The notes under the pieces were generated by a model. The model did no database searches. It saw only the letters and a list, made by a program, of their open reading frames with translations, and was not told the DNA's origin. From Caldisphaera sp. (GTDB lineage: Archaea; Thermoproteota; Thermoprotei_A; Sulfolobales; Acidilobaceae), in NCBI GenBank assembly GCA_049971805.1, contig JBMFKU010000002.1:1-64000 (forward strand): a stretch of DNA of 64,000 nucleotides. Reading direction: 5' to 3'. This document shows, one piece after another, positions 33,362-43,212 of this stretch; the first letter of the stretch is position 1; each line of letters begins with the position of its first letter. The position numbers and the translations under genes were made by a program.

Positions 33362-34171
33362 ATGAATAATTTTAGATCACATTCTTTTTTTGTTTTTGTG
33401 TTAATTATATCATCTTTGTTATTATTGTTTTTTATTTATCCTTTAGCTATATTAATAATAGTTGGTAGCAAGGGAATATTATCAGCTTTGGAGAATAAAC
33501 CATTTTTAGCTTCGATAGAGATTACTATAATAATCTCTAGCATAGCTGCTATATCAGCTATAATTTTTGGTGTTCCGCTAGGTTACATTATTGCTAGATA
33601 CAATTTTAAATTCAAGAATATTATAGAAACCATTATTGATATGCCAATAGTAATTCCTCATATAGTGGTTGGTCTAATGGTTATATTGGCATTTTCATCT
33701 CAATATGGTATAGGCCCATTGTTACATAGATATGGGATAACAGTTATAGATACTATATTGGGGGCGACTTTAGCTGTATCATATTTATCATCTACTTATA
33801 CTATTAGGGTTGTAGAATCCTCTATAAAGATGATAGACCCAGAGCTTGAGCTTGTTTCTCGAAGTTTAGGGGCTTCTCAATTTAGAACATTTTTTCAAAT
33901 AATAATACCTAATATTTGGAGGTCAATTATAAATGGGGCAATATTAACTTGGGCTAGAGCAGTTTCAGAAGCTGGAGCACTTTTTATAGTTGCATATTAT
34001 GTGGTATTTAATAAAACAACAGTATATCCTTCTTCAGTATTTATTTATGAAAGCTATATAGGTTTAGGTATTATAGAAGCAGTTAAGTTTGCTGCAACCT
34101 TAGCAGTAATAGTTATTGGTATATTTATTTTGTTTAGAATATTAATAAACTTAAAGGGAAACAAAAGTTGA
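33362..34171 (+). CDS. wtpB: ABC permease (WtpB/ModB-like)
   Basis: DMPIVIPH, SRSLGAS EAA loop, WARAVSEAGA. Confidence 0.82.
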   Translation: MNNFRSHSFFVFVLIISSLLLLFFIYPLAILIIVGSKGILSALENKPFLASIEITIIISSIAAISAIIFGVPLGYIIARYNFKFKNIIETIIDMPIVIPHIVVGLMVILAFSSQYGIGPLLHRYGITVIDTILGATLAVSYLSSTYTIRVVESSIKMIDPELELVSRSLGASQFRTFFQIIIPNIWRSIINGAILTWARAVSEAGALFIVAYYVVFNKTTVYPSSVFIYESYIGLGIIEAVKFAATLAVIVIGIFILFRILINLKGNKS

Positions 34172-35229
34172 AAATACTAACAATACAAAACTTAGTTACT
34201 AAGTTACCAGGATTTACACTAGGTCCTATCAATTTGGATATAGATGAATATGAGTATTATGTTTTATTTGGCCCTAACGGTAGTGGTAAATCTACACTAT
34301 TAAAGACTATATTGGGTTTTTATAGGCCAGAATCAGGAAAAATTATTGTTAATAATGTAGATATAACAAAAATTCCAATAGAAAAAAGAAATATTGGTTA
34401 TGTTCCACAATCGTATTCATTGTTTAATAATATGTCAGTAAAGGAAAACTTGGAGTTCGGATTAAGAGTAAGAAAAATTAATAAAAAAGATAGAGAAGAA
34501 AAAATAAATGAAGTTTCGGAGATGCTTAATATTAAAAATTTGTTGAATAAAAAATCAAATCAACTAAGTTCTGGTCAACAACAATTAGTATCAATAGCTA
34601 GGTCATTAGTTACAAGCCCCAAATTATTATTGTTGGACGAGCCTTTATCTAATTTAGACCCTCAAGTAAAACAAAACATCAGGAAAGTATTAAAAAAAAT
34701 TAAAAATTCAAGAAAAACAACTATAATTCATGTAACGCATTTAATTGAAGACGCTTATGAACTTTCCTCAAATATAATCTTTTTATATAAAGGAAGAATA
34801 TTAGAAATGGGTAACTCTATGGATTTGTTTTTATATCCTAAAACTAAAGAATTGGCTGAATATCTAGGATATATAAATATTTTTCCTGCAGAAATCAAGA
34901 AAACAAATAATGATTTAGTAGTTTCTTTAGATTCAAACTTTAATTTAAAGATACGTAATGATTATTATGAATCAGAAAATGTATTTGTAGCTTTTAGACC
35001 ACAAGATGTTATTATACAAGATAATATTTTAACAGATTATATTAACAATAATTGCTTTAAAGGAGTAATAGAAGATTTTACAATAACCTCTAATGGTTTT
35101 CTTTACACAATTAAGGTTTCAGACAAAATAAACATAGTTTTTTTATCAGATAAGAAATTTGAAAATGGTAAAAAAATAAGTTTTTGTATAGATCCTAATA
35201 AAATAAGAATAGTTAAAGAATTAAAATGA
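34168..35229 (+). CDS. wtpC: ABC ATPase (WtpC/ModC-like) with TOBE domain
   Basis: GPNGSGKST, LSSGQQQ, LLLDEP, HVTH. Confidence 0.85.
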   Translation: MKILTIQNLVTKLPGFTLGPINLDIDEYEYYVLFGPNGSGKSTLLKTILGFYRPESGKIIVNNVDITKIPIEKRNIGYVPQSYSLFNNMSVKENLEFGLRVRKINKKDREEKINEVSEMLNIKNLLNKKSNQLSSGQQQLVSIARSLVTSPKLLLLDEPLSNLDPQVKQNIRKVLKKIKNSRKTTIIHVTHLIEDAYELSSNIIFLYKGRILEMGNSMDLFLYPKTKELAEYLGYINIFPAEIKKTNNDLVVSLDSNFNLKIRNDYYESENVFVAFRPQDVIIQDNILTDYINNNCFKGVIEDFTITSNGFLYTIKVSDKINIVFLSDKKFENGKKISFCIDPNKIRIVKELK

Positions 35230-35269
35230 AAAAATATTTCACCCCCTTTTTCGACAAAAACTATTGAAA

Positions 35270-35375
35270 GCCGGGGTGGCCGAGTGGTCCAAGGCGGCGG
35301 GCTGCAGTAGCAGTGAGGTTAGCCCATCGTTGTTAGAGACCCGTTATTTCCCGGGTTCGAATCCCGGCCCCGGCT
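35270..35375 (+). tRNA. tRNA-Cys(GCA), 31-nt intron at 37/38 (35308-35338)
   Basis: GCCGGGG acceptor; GCGGG-CT-GCA-G[intron]A-CCCGT; GGTTCGAATCC; U73 discriminator. Confidence 0.9.
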
Positions 35376-35436
35376 TTTTATGGATAATTATTTTTATTAT
35401 GAATAGATTTATCCCGTGAATTAACAATAAAACAGA

Positions 35437-35504
35437 GGGCTATGAAGTGCCTAGCGACGAGATGACCAATAATGAGGGATGAAATGGAAAAGCCGAATGA
35501 GCCC
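35437..35504 (+). ncRNA. Candidate box C/D-like sRNA
   Basis: GGGC/GCCC terminal stem; ATGAAG (C), ATGA (D'), GATGAAA (C'), ATGA (D); all boxes degenerate. Confidence 0.4.
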
Positions 35505-35885
35505 CTTTCAAGTTGCAAGGTTAGAATAATTAATGGTTATGAAGATATAGTCAGCGAATTAAATAAAATTAAGGAGGTTATTTATGTATATAATTCTGAA
35601 ATATCAAATAAAGGATATTATTTAAAGCCAGTTCATAAGGTATATAAGTTAAAAAATAGGAATAAAATTATATATGAGTACTATGGTAGATATTGGTGGA
35701 AAAAATTAGATAAAAAGTTAATATATTCAGGGGTAGTCAAGCCTAAAATATTACCAAGCCCACCAGAAAATCCTATTGAAGGGTTATCAATAATTAGGGA
35801 AGGAAATGATATAGTCATAGATTGTAATGTTTATGAAAAATTTAAGTGGGTTTTCAAAAATAAAAAGATAGAAAGAACTTGGTAA
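35472..35885 (+). CDS. Conserved hypothetical protein
   Basis: GYYLKPVHKVY...YEYYGRYWW; true start may be downstream of 35472. Confidence 0.7.
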   Translation: MRDEMEKPNEPLSSCKVRIINGYEDIVSELNKIKEVIYVYNSEISNKGYYLKPVHKVYKLKNRNKIIYEYYGRYWWKKLDKKLIYSGVVKPKILPSPPENPIEGLSIIREGNDIVIDCNVYEKFKWVFKNKKIERTW

Positions 35886-35903
35886 GATGGAGATGTTAAT
35901 GTA

Positions 35904-37868
35904 TTGGCAAGAAAAAGCATGTCAACTGTTGACATATATTCATGGATTAATACTACAGGCAAAAAATTGGTTGGTCAAAGAGTGGATAATATTTATCAAG
36001 AAGACGAACTAATATTAATAAAAATAAAAATAGACGTTGGGGATATGCTTTTAGTCGAACCTTCAAATAGAATACATTATACTCAAAGGATAAAACCATC
36101 GAAAGAATTTAATGAAAAGCAGTTCGTATTATTATTGAGAAAATATACTAGAGATTTAAGAGTAACTGATGTAAAGCAACTTGGATTTGATAGAGTAATA
36201 TCGTTTACTTTTTCTAATAACTTTAAACTTTATGCAGAGCTATTGCCTAGAGGAGTTAGTGTATTAGTAGATGATAATAATTTTATAATTGGTGGAAACA
36301 AATACATTAGGTTTAAGGATAGAGAAATAAAAATTAAAAAAGAATATAGGTTACCATCATTAATTAATGATAAACCATGGGAATTAAGTTATGGTGCTAT
36401 TGATAATCAATTACGTAAATTTAAAGACGTCATTAGAGGATTAGTATTAGGATTGAATCTACCTGGAGAAGTAGCGGAAGAGGTAGTTTACTTATCGGGT
36501 ATAAAAAAAGATGAAGATCCGAATAAATTAGAAACAAAAGATATAGAGTCATTATTAATTAATTTAAACAATTTAATAAAAGAATCATTATTGGGAAAAG
36601 GATATATAGGGTATTCACTGGATAACGAACCAATACAAGTTACTCCATTTAAACCTAAAAGTCTTATAGAAAATAATTTGAATGTATCTGAATATAATCT
36701 TTTTGATAATGCTTTAGATGAATACTTTAACACAATAGTTAAAGTTAAGGCAGATGTTAAATTAGAAGAAGAAAAGGAAAAAATTTTGCATAGCATAGAA
36801 GAGAACAAAGTATTAGCTAATCAATTTCTCGAAGAATCCAAAAAATTAGAAGAAGAAGCTAATATAATCGCTTCAAACTACTCATATTTTAACCAAATTT
36901 TACATTGTATTAAGGAATATTTAAATAAAAAAGATAAGATATGTGATGCTGTTAAAAAAATAGATTTTAAAGAAAGATATGCATTAATAAATTATGAAAA
37001 CGATTTAATAAAAATTTATTATGATGAAGAAGGTCTTGATAAAAGTATTGTAAGGCTTTACAAAGAAGCTGGAGAGCTTAAATCAAAGTCTAAAAGAGCT
37101 TTGAAATCAATAGAGGATATGCAGTTGAAGCTAAGTGAAATACAAAGCAAGCTAATTCTTAATGAAATTAAACAAAAGATTAGAAATAGAAAAAGAGAGT
37201 GGTACGAGAAGTATCATTGGGTTATCACAAAAAATAATTTATTAGCAATTGGGGGAAAAGATGCAGATCAAAACGAAAGTATTGTTAAAAAATACCTGAG
37301 AGATAAAGACATATTTATTCATGCAGATATACATGGATCACCTGCGGTAGTTTTATTTAATGAAGAAGAGAAGGCTAACGAAGAGGACATTTATGATGCT
37401 GCTATAATAACAGTTGCATATAGCAAGGCATGGAAAGGTGGAATGGGTGGTTTGAGGGCTTATTGGGTTTATGGAAATCAGGTATCTAAAAGCCCTCCTT
37501 CAGGGGAATATTTAGCAAAAGGTTCTTTTATGATATATGGAAAAAAGAATATCTTAAAACAATTTGACATGCAAATATTTGTTGGAATTGCATTAAATTC
37601 TGAAGGTTTACCAGTAATTATTTCTGGAAACGAAAATATAGTAAAGGAACAATCTTTAGTTTATGCAAAATTAATTCCAGGAAATTTCCAAGTACTTGAT
37701 ATCGCTAAAAAAATAAAAGAAATGGCAGAAAAAATAGTCATTTATGAATACAAGTCTTTAATAGTAGCAATAGATGATAATGAAATATCACAAAGAATTC
37801 CAGGCAAATCGCAAATAGTTTTTGTTAAAAATGGTGAAAATAAAAAATTAAAAACAATACAAAAATGA
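35904..37868 (+). CDS. rqcH: Ribosome quality control protein Rqc2/NEMF (NFACT family)
   Basis: FDR, WYEKYHW, GGKDADQNE, HADIHGSP, QVSKSPPSGEYL.KGSFMI. Confidence 0.92.
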   Translation: MARKSMSTVDIYSWINTTGKKLVGQRVDNIYQEDELILIKIKIDVGDMLLVEPSNRIHYTQRIKPSKEFNEKQFVLLLRKYTRDLRVTDVKQLGFDRVISFTFSNNFKLYAELLPRGVSVLVDDNNFIIGGNKYIRFKDREIKIKKEYRLPSLINDKPWELSYGAIDNQLRKFKDVIRGLVLGLNLPGEVAEEVVYLSGIKKDEDPNKLETKDIESLLINLNNLIKESLLGKGYIGYSLDNEPIQVTPFKPKSLIENNLNVSEYNLFDNALDEYFNTIVKVKADVKLEEEKEKILHSIEENKVLANQFLEESKKLEEEANIIASNYSYFNQILHCIKEYLNKKDKICDAVKKIDFKERYALINYENDLIKIYYDEEGLDKSIVRLYKEAGELKSKSKRALKSIEDMQLKLSEIQSKLILNEIKQKIRNRKREWYEKYHWVITKNNLLAIGGKDADQNESIVKKYLRDKDIFIHADIHGSPAVVLFNEEEKANEEDIYDAAIITVAYSKAWKGGMGGLRAYWVYGNQVSKSPPSGEYLAKGSFMIYGKKNILKQFDMQIFVGIALNSEGLPVIISGNENIVKEQSLVYAKLIPGNFQVLDIAKKIKEMAEKIVIYEYKSLIVAIDDNEISQRIPGKSQIVFVKNGENKKLKTIQK

Positions 37869-37964
37869 AATTAAAAATTTATAATAAAAAAGTTTTTTAT
37901 ATGAAAGTATAGCACAATAATTTTTAAAACCCAATTCTCTAATCTTTATGAGGGGTCTAATAAG

Positions 37965-38174
37965 ATGTCAGTAGTTACAGTAAAAAAGCTAGACATGCTA
38001 GATACAGTTCAGCCGCCTATATGTACTAGTTGTGGTAAGATAATTCATCCAAGAGAAAAAGCTGTAGCATTTTATTGCCCTAATTGCGGAAAAGCTTTAA
38101 TATGGAGATGCTCTAAATGCAGAAAGCAAGGCATGAAATACAAATGTCCTAATTGTGGATTTGTTGGTCCATGA
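37965..38174 (+). CDS. DUF1610 zinc-finger protein
   Basis: [21 protein letters not shown]; upstream of EF-1beta. Confidence 0.9.
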   Translation: MSVVTVKKLDMLDTVQPPICTSCGKIIHPREKAVAFYCPNCGKALIWRCSKCRKQGMKYKCPNCGFVGP

Positions 38175-38186
38175 GGTTTGATTTAT

Positions 38187-38462
38187 ATGGCAAAAGTTGC
38201 AGTTGTTTTAAAAGTCATGCCCAATTCATTGGATATTAATTTGAGTGACCTTAAAGATAGTATTAAGAAATCATTACCAGAAGGGTATAATATATTGGAT
38301 AGCAAAGAAGAACCTGTAGCTTTTGGTTTAAAGGCTTTAATACTTTTGGTCTCGATGCCAGAAAATACTGAGGGTGGAACTGAAGAATTGGAATCTAAAA
38401 TAAGAGAAGTAAATGGTGTAGAAGATGTAGAAGTGGAAACTATTAGTAGATTAAGTGAATAA
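38187..38462 (+). CDS. ef1b: Translation elongation factor 1-beta
   Basis: EEPVAFGLKAL, GGTEELE. Confidence 0.95.
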   Translation: MAKVAVVLKVMPNSLDINLSDLKDSIKKSLPEGYNILDSKEEPVAFGLKALILLVSMPENTEGGTEELESKIREVNGVEDVEVETISRLSE

Positions 38463-39063
38463 CATTATGGTTTCTGGTTTCTCCAATCCATTTCTTACCT
38501 CAACAATTGTATTTATTTTATCTTTTATTTCTAATGTTATTCCTTTTGGAGGTCCACCATATACTATTGTTACTGTAACATTACTATTTGAAATTGGCTT
38601 TAAATACTATTGGCTATTTGTATTTATTGCATCGTTTGGAGCAATTCTATCAAAGATAGTTATGTTTTTAGTAGGAAAAGGATTTAGCAGGCAGTTAGGA
38701 AAAAATAAAAACGTTAGGTTGATATCTAAATTTTCAAGCAAGAAAATATTTTATTTGATATTGTTTATACTTGCAATAATACCTGTTTTACCTTTTGATG
38801 ACTATTTATTTATAGCTGGAGGTGCTGCAAACATTTCATTAATTAAAATGTCTTCTATAGTTTCTATTGCAAAATTGATAGAAACTTCTCTCGAAATTTA
38901 TATAGAATTAAAAATAATAGGTATATTTTCCTATATTTTATCTATATCTAAGCCAACTATAGCTGTTTTGCTAACGGTCTTATTTATAGCTGTTGGGATA
39001 ATTGGTTTTAAATTGGATTGGGAAAGTATTGTCCATAAGATAAGAGCATATTTTAACCATTAA
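38455..39063 (+). CDS. Membrane protein (DedA/VTT-like)
   Basis: NVIPFGGPPY, PFDDYLFI.GG; multi-TM. Confidence 0.7.
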   Translation: MNNIMVSGFSNPFLTSTIVFILSFISNVIPFGGPPYTIVTVTLLFEIGFKYYWLFVFIASFGAILSKIVMFLVGKGFSRQLGKNKNVRLISKFSSKKIFYLILFILAIIPVLPFDDYLFIAGGAANISLIKMSSIVSIAKLIETSLEIYIELKIIGIFSYILSISKPTIAVLLTVLFIAVGIIGFKLDWESIVHKIRAYFNH

Positions 39064-39115
39064 ATATTTAAAGTTATAATTCTTTAAAGTAATAATAAAT
39101 TAGAGGTAAATTGAA

Positions 39116-40030
39116 TTGCCAAGATTGATAGAACTAATAACTCTAGGAACAGGAGGGGCTTACCCAGGAGAAAATAGATTTACCTCTTCTTATGTAATAA
39201 AGGACTGGTTAGGTAATATAATACTTTTAGATTCAGGGGAAGGAGTTCAACATAGACTCAGGCAGGCTGATGTTCCATTAACAAGAATAAATACGATATT
39301 AATAACTCACGGTCATGGAGATCATATAAATGGATTACCGGGTCTTTTGCAATCAATGTATTTAAATACTAGAAACATACCATTAAATATCGTAGCTCCA
39401 AAGGATGTAATTAATTTTATAAAAGAGGCATTAATTTTAGAGGGTTCAAACTTAGGATTTGAAATAAGGCTTTTTGAAATTAATAGTAGTTATGGCAATA
39501 TAGAAATTTTTAATCAAAGAGGAGATAAAATAATTGTGTATTGGTTTGAGGTATGCCATTCAAGGGAAGCTTATGGTTATACTATTGAATGGAATTTAAG
39601 ACCGAGGGTTATTAGAGGGGAAATGGAAAAACAAGGAATTAAACCCGGTCCAGATATAGAAAAAATTGTAGATAATTATGAAGAAAATCAAGATATCTTG
39701 ACCAAAATTAAACCCTTTAGGTTAGCTTATACTGGAGATACAAGACCATGCGAGAAGGTCATTAATGGTGCAAAAGGCTCTAATGTTATAATACATGAAT
39801 CAACATTTTCTGAAGAAAATTCGGACGAAGCAAACCAATTTTACCATAGTACAGCAAAAGGAGCAGCATTTATTGCAAAGGAGTCAAATTCTCAACTCTT
39901 GATTTTGACGCATATTAGCTCTAGATACGAGGGATTCGAAGCTGTTGAATTGGAAAGACAAGCAAAAGAAGTATTCCCTAATTCAATATTAACATGGGAT
40001 CTGGCAAAATACAGATTTATTGTTTCTTGA
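39116..40030 (+). CDS. rnz: Ribonuclease Z
   Basis: LGTGG, THGHGDH, YTGDT, HEST, HST, LTHISSRY. Confidence 0.93.
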   Translation: MPRLIELITLGTGGAYPGENRFTSSYVIKDWLGNIILLDSGEGVQHRLRQADVPLTRINTILITHGHGDHINGLPGLLQSMYLNTRNIPLNIVAPKDVINFIKEALILEGSNLGFEIRLFEINSSYGNIEIFNQRGDKIIVYWFEVCHSREAYGYTIEWNLRPRVIRGEMEKQGIKPGPDIEKIVDNYEENQDILTKIKPFRLAYTGDTRPCEKVINGAKGSNVIIHESTFSEENSDEANQFYHSTAKGAAFIAKESNSQLLILTHISSRYEGFEAVELERQAKEVFPNSILTWDLAKYRFIVS

Positions 40031-40049
40031 CTTCTACTCCTTTTAGTAT

Positions 40050-40520
40050 TTAAAGACCTAGATTTTTATCATCTGGCAATCTTTTCTCCCATAAAGGTTT
40101 TCCTCTAGCAGTTTGGGGTGCCAGCCAATCTATTATTTCTCCTATACAATTGCATTCTATTATAATCTTTATTGGTCCTAAAGGTGATTCATTATCATAT
40201 GATATGAAGCTTATTTTACCTTGATAAGCAGCTTGCTTGTGTAATAATAGCACTAATTTATTTCCGTGAATTCTTTTCAACATATAAGATCTTGAGGCAT
40301 CTAAAATTGCTTGTATTCTTAAAGAATCATGAAGTTTGATTAATGATTTAAATGAATTCGAATATGCTTTAATTATTTTATAGTCTCCTTGATCTAAAAT
40401 TTCTAGGCTTTCGGGTGTGAAAAAATTTGTTATGGTCTTAATTACTTTTTCTTCATCTTCAGTAGGTCTCAATTCCGCCTCTACAGTAATTTTTCCATGA
40501 TCCATCTTTAATTGCACCAA
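40050..40520 (-). CDS. UPF0201/DUF54 RNA-binding protein
   Basis: RPTEDEEKV, ILDASR, HKQAAY.G, ESPLGPI, WLAP. Confidence 0.88.
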   Translation of the reverse strand: MVQLKMDHGKITVEAELRPTEDEEKVIKTITNFFTPESLEILDQGDYKIIKAYSNSFKSLIKLHDSLRIQAILDASRSYMLKRIHGNKLVLLLHKQAAYQGKISFISYDNESPLGPIKIIIECNCIGEIIDWLAPQTARGKPLWEKRLPDDKNLGL

Positions 40521-41064
40521 TTATTTTTTCTATATTTAATGAGCTATTTCCTTCTTCTTCGTTTATAATCATGTAATCTGAAAGGGCTATAACGTTTCCT
40601 ATGCCATATTCTAAATTTTTCATGTCCCTAAAAAATAGATCATTCCAAGTAATTTCTTTCGATTCTCTATTTCTTTCTTTCAATCTAATCAACCTTTTAA
40701 TTGGGGATGCATGGACTGCTATTAAACAAATCTTGAATTTCTCTCTTAGTATTTTTAGTTCCTCAATCCCCCTAACACCATCTATTAAAACAATATTTTT
40801 GTTGTAGCTGTTTAATCTTTCTAAGAGAAGTAATGCAACAGCATTATTACCTTTTTCCTTTCTTAATTGGGTTGCTATTTTTTCAACATTTTCCAAGGTC
40901 AAAGGTAGGCCTCTTGACAAGACTTCTTCTCTAACTATATCACCCATAGAAAATATTGGGGCATTTAATCTATCAGATATTAGTTTTGCAATATAGCTTT
41001 TCCCACTACCTGGCATGCCTGTAATCGCGATTGCTAGCTTTTCTTCCAATATTTGCTTCACCAA
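40459..41064 (-). CDS. P-loop kinase, dephospho-CoA kinase-like (COG0237)
   Basis: TGMPGSGKS, MGDIVREE, IDGVR. Confidence 0.85.
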   Translation of the reverse strand: MVKQILEEKLAIAITGMPGSGKSYIAKLISDRLNAPIFSMGDIVREEVLSRGLPLTLENVEKIATQLRKEKGNNAVALLLLERLNSYNKNIVLIDGVRGIEELKILREKFKICLIAVHASPIKRLIRLKERNRESKEITWNDLFFRDMKNLEYGIGNVIALSDYMIINEEEGNSSLNIEKIIGAIKDGSWKNYCRGGIETY

Positions 41065-41067
41065 ATT

Positions 41068-41562
41068 TTAAAGTTTATAGCCGATTTTTCTTAACAATTC
41101 CTTTCTTTCCTTTTTGTCATTTTCATTTTCAATACCTAATGGTTTAAACCCATCACAAACACCAAGTATTGATCTGCTTTCTCCTAAATCGGCTATAATT
41201 AATTTTACAGGATTTGATGTTGCTACATATAAATTTACAACTTCTTGTATATTTTTTATTGCATTTAAAACGTTAATGGGCCATGAATCTTTCATGTATA
41301 TTACAAATACATGCCCTGCAGCGATTTGCTTGCATGTATCTATAGCCTGCTTGGTTAATCCATCTTCATTGCCTTCAAATCTTATTAATCTCTTTCCTGA
41401 GGCCTCACAAAAAGCAATCCCAAACTTTGATGAAGGGCAGCTTGTTGCTAGGGTTTCATATAAATCTTCAACAGATTTTATAAAATGACTCTGCCCTATT
41501 ATTACATTAGTTCCTTCTGGAACTTGCACATCTAGGACCTGCAATTCCAATTTAATCACCAT
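41068..41562 (-). CDS. DUF355 adenosine-specific kinase family protein
   Basis: GQSHFIKSVED, FGIAFCEASG, IGYKL. Confidence 0.88.
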   Translation of the reverse strand: MVIKLELQVLDVQVPEGTNVIIGQSHFIKSVEDLYETLATSCPSSKFGIAFCEASGKRLIRFEGNEDGLTKQAIDTCKQIAAGHVFVIYMKDSWPINVLNAIKNIQEVVNLYVATSNPVKLIIADLGESRSILGVCDGFKPLGIENENDKKERKELLRKIGYKL

Positions 41563-41615
41563 TATTTTTTAATAAGAATAAACTTAAATGTTTTATTGTA
41601 TTACATAAATTTAAC

Positions 41616-42152
41616 CTAGTCACTTTTTGATAAAGATTTAAGCCTTTCTACAAATCCTAAGGCTTCAAGCCTTTCTAGCAAATAACCTGGTATACAATTT
41701 TTCCACCCATCTTGGCCTTTAATTATTTGGGTTCTGATTGAAGTACCGCTGCACATGTTTCTATTAAACATTGGTTGTACTATGGCCTTTAATCCCATGT
41801 CTTTAAAAAGATGCAATACTAGTTGGTTTCCTGAAACAACTCCATCAAAGTCAGGCAACAACATTTTTAAGTATTGAACCCATACCTTGTTCATCTCTAG
41901 GTCTAATGTTGGAACTATGTAGATTCTTTTACAATAATCTTCTCCAAATTCATTGATTAATGCTTCTTTAAGCAAAGAGATTCTTTCTCCAGCTGTTAAT
42001 GGGTTTTTTATAGTATAGCTTTCTTGAGAGGAACCTATTACTACTATAACCTCATTAGAAATGCTTAATGTATATTCAATAGCCTTTAGATGTCCGTAAT
42101 GGACCGGTTGAAACCTTCCTGGAAATAGCAATCTATTATATGGCACTTTCAT
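41616..42152 (-). CDS. nadM: Nicotinamide-nucleotide adenylyltransferase
   Basis: GRFQPVHYGH, NPLTAGER, SGTSIR. Confidence 0.93.
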   Translation of the reverse strand: MKVPYNRLLFPGRFQPVHYGHLKAIEYTLSISNEVIVVIGSSQESYTIKNPLTAGERISLLKEALINEFGEDYCKRIYIVPTLDLEMNKVWVQYLKMLLPDFDGVVSGNQLVLHLFKDMGLKAIVQPMFNRNMCSGTSIRTQIIKGQDGWKNCIPGYLLERLEALGFVERLKSLSKSD

Positions 42153-42213
42153 TTTTAACCCCCCGATATAAAAAAACTTTAGGGACTATAAAGTATTATT
42201 ATGTTGGTGAAGC

Positions 42214-43212
42214 ATGGATAAATGGAAGGAGATAGATGATAAAGTATTTAATTATAAAATAAATGAATTAGCAGAAAAGCTAGCAAAAAAATATGGATAT
42301 TCAAGCTATATAGTAGAAAGATATCTTATGCTTTTAGGAAAAGAAGAAACTATTGAATTGTTGCAAGCAAATGAAGCATCACTACCTGAAACGATAAGAT
42401 GTAATGATTTCCTTATCAAATGCAACAAATTGGAAAAGAGATTAAAGGAAAAGGGATTTAAAATTGGGAAAATACCTTTCCTACCTCATGGTTATGAAAT
42501 AATAAAGTCACCATATAAACCAGGCGCAACCCACGAGTATCTTATGGGTTATTATTATATACAGGACCCTGGCTCTATGTTGATTACTTATCTCTTAAAT
42601 CCAAGAAAAAATGAAATAATAGTTGATATGGCAGCTGCCCCTGGAGGTAAATCAAGCCAAATACTGCAGCTTACAAATGATAATGTGAGGCTAATAGCTG
42701 TTGAGCTTAAATCTAATAGAGTTAAATCTTTGAGATCCAATTTACAAAGAATGGGCTTTTCTAGTTATTTAATATTAGAGACAGACGCTAGGAAATTAAA
42801 TTTAAAAGATATAGATAGAGTACTATTGGATTCCCCATCAAGTGGGGAAGGAATTATTAGAAAAGATCCAAGAAGAAAGACAAGCAGACCTAGAGGAGAT
42901 ATGAAGAAAATTCATAGGTTGCAGCTCAACTTGTTAAATAAAGGATTAGATTTATTGAAGAATGGTGGAGAAATGATTTATGCTGCATGTTCAACTGCCA
43001 TTGAAGAGGGTGAATACGTTATTAACAAAATTTTACATGAAAGAAGTAACGTAGATATAGTTAAGGTGAATTCACCTATAGGAAGTAATGCATTTATCGA
43101 ATTTAATGGTGTAAAGTTTGATGATAGAATATCAAGCTGTTTAAGATTATGGCCACATAGGGATGGTACGGAGGGTTTTTTTATATGCAAGCTAAAGAAG
43201 CTCCAAGATTAA
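42214..43212 (+). CDS. RsmB/NOL1/NOP2 RNA m5C methyltransferase
   Basis: DMAAAPGGK, WPHRDGTEGFF; motif IV reads LDSPSSG and motif VI reads AACS. Confidence 0.92.
   Translation: MDKWKEIDDKVFNYKINELAEKLAKKYGYSSYIVERYLMLLGKEETIELLQANEASLPETIRCNDFLIKCNKLEKRLKEKGFKIGKIPFLPHGYEIIKSPYKPGATHEYLMGYYYIQDPGSMLITYLLNPRKNEIIVDMAAAPGGKSSQILQLTNDNVRLIAVELKSNRVKSLRSNLQRMGFSSYLILETDARKLNLKDIDRVLLDSPSSGEGIIRKDPRRKTSRPRGDMKKIHRLQLNLLNKGLDLLKNGGEMIYAACSTAIEEGEYVINKILHERSNVDIVKVNSPIGSNAFIEFNGVKFDDRISSCLRLWPHRDGTEGFFICKLKKLQD

Noticed and set aside
34561-34590. ABC signature LSSGQ instead of LSGGQ
   Set aside because: Single substitution within normal variation; Walker motifs and H-loop intact
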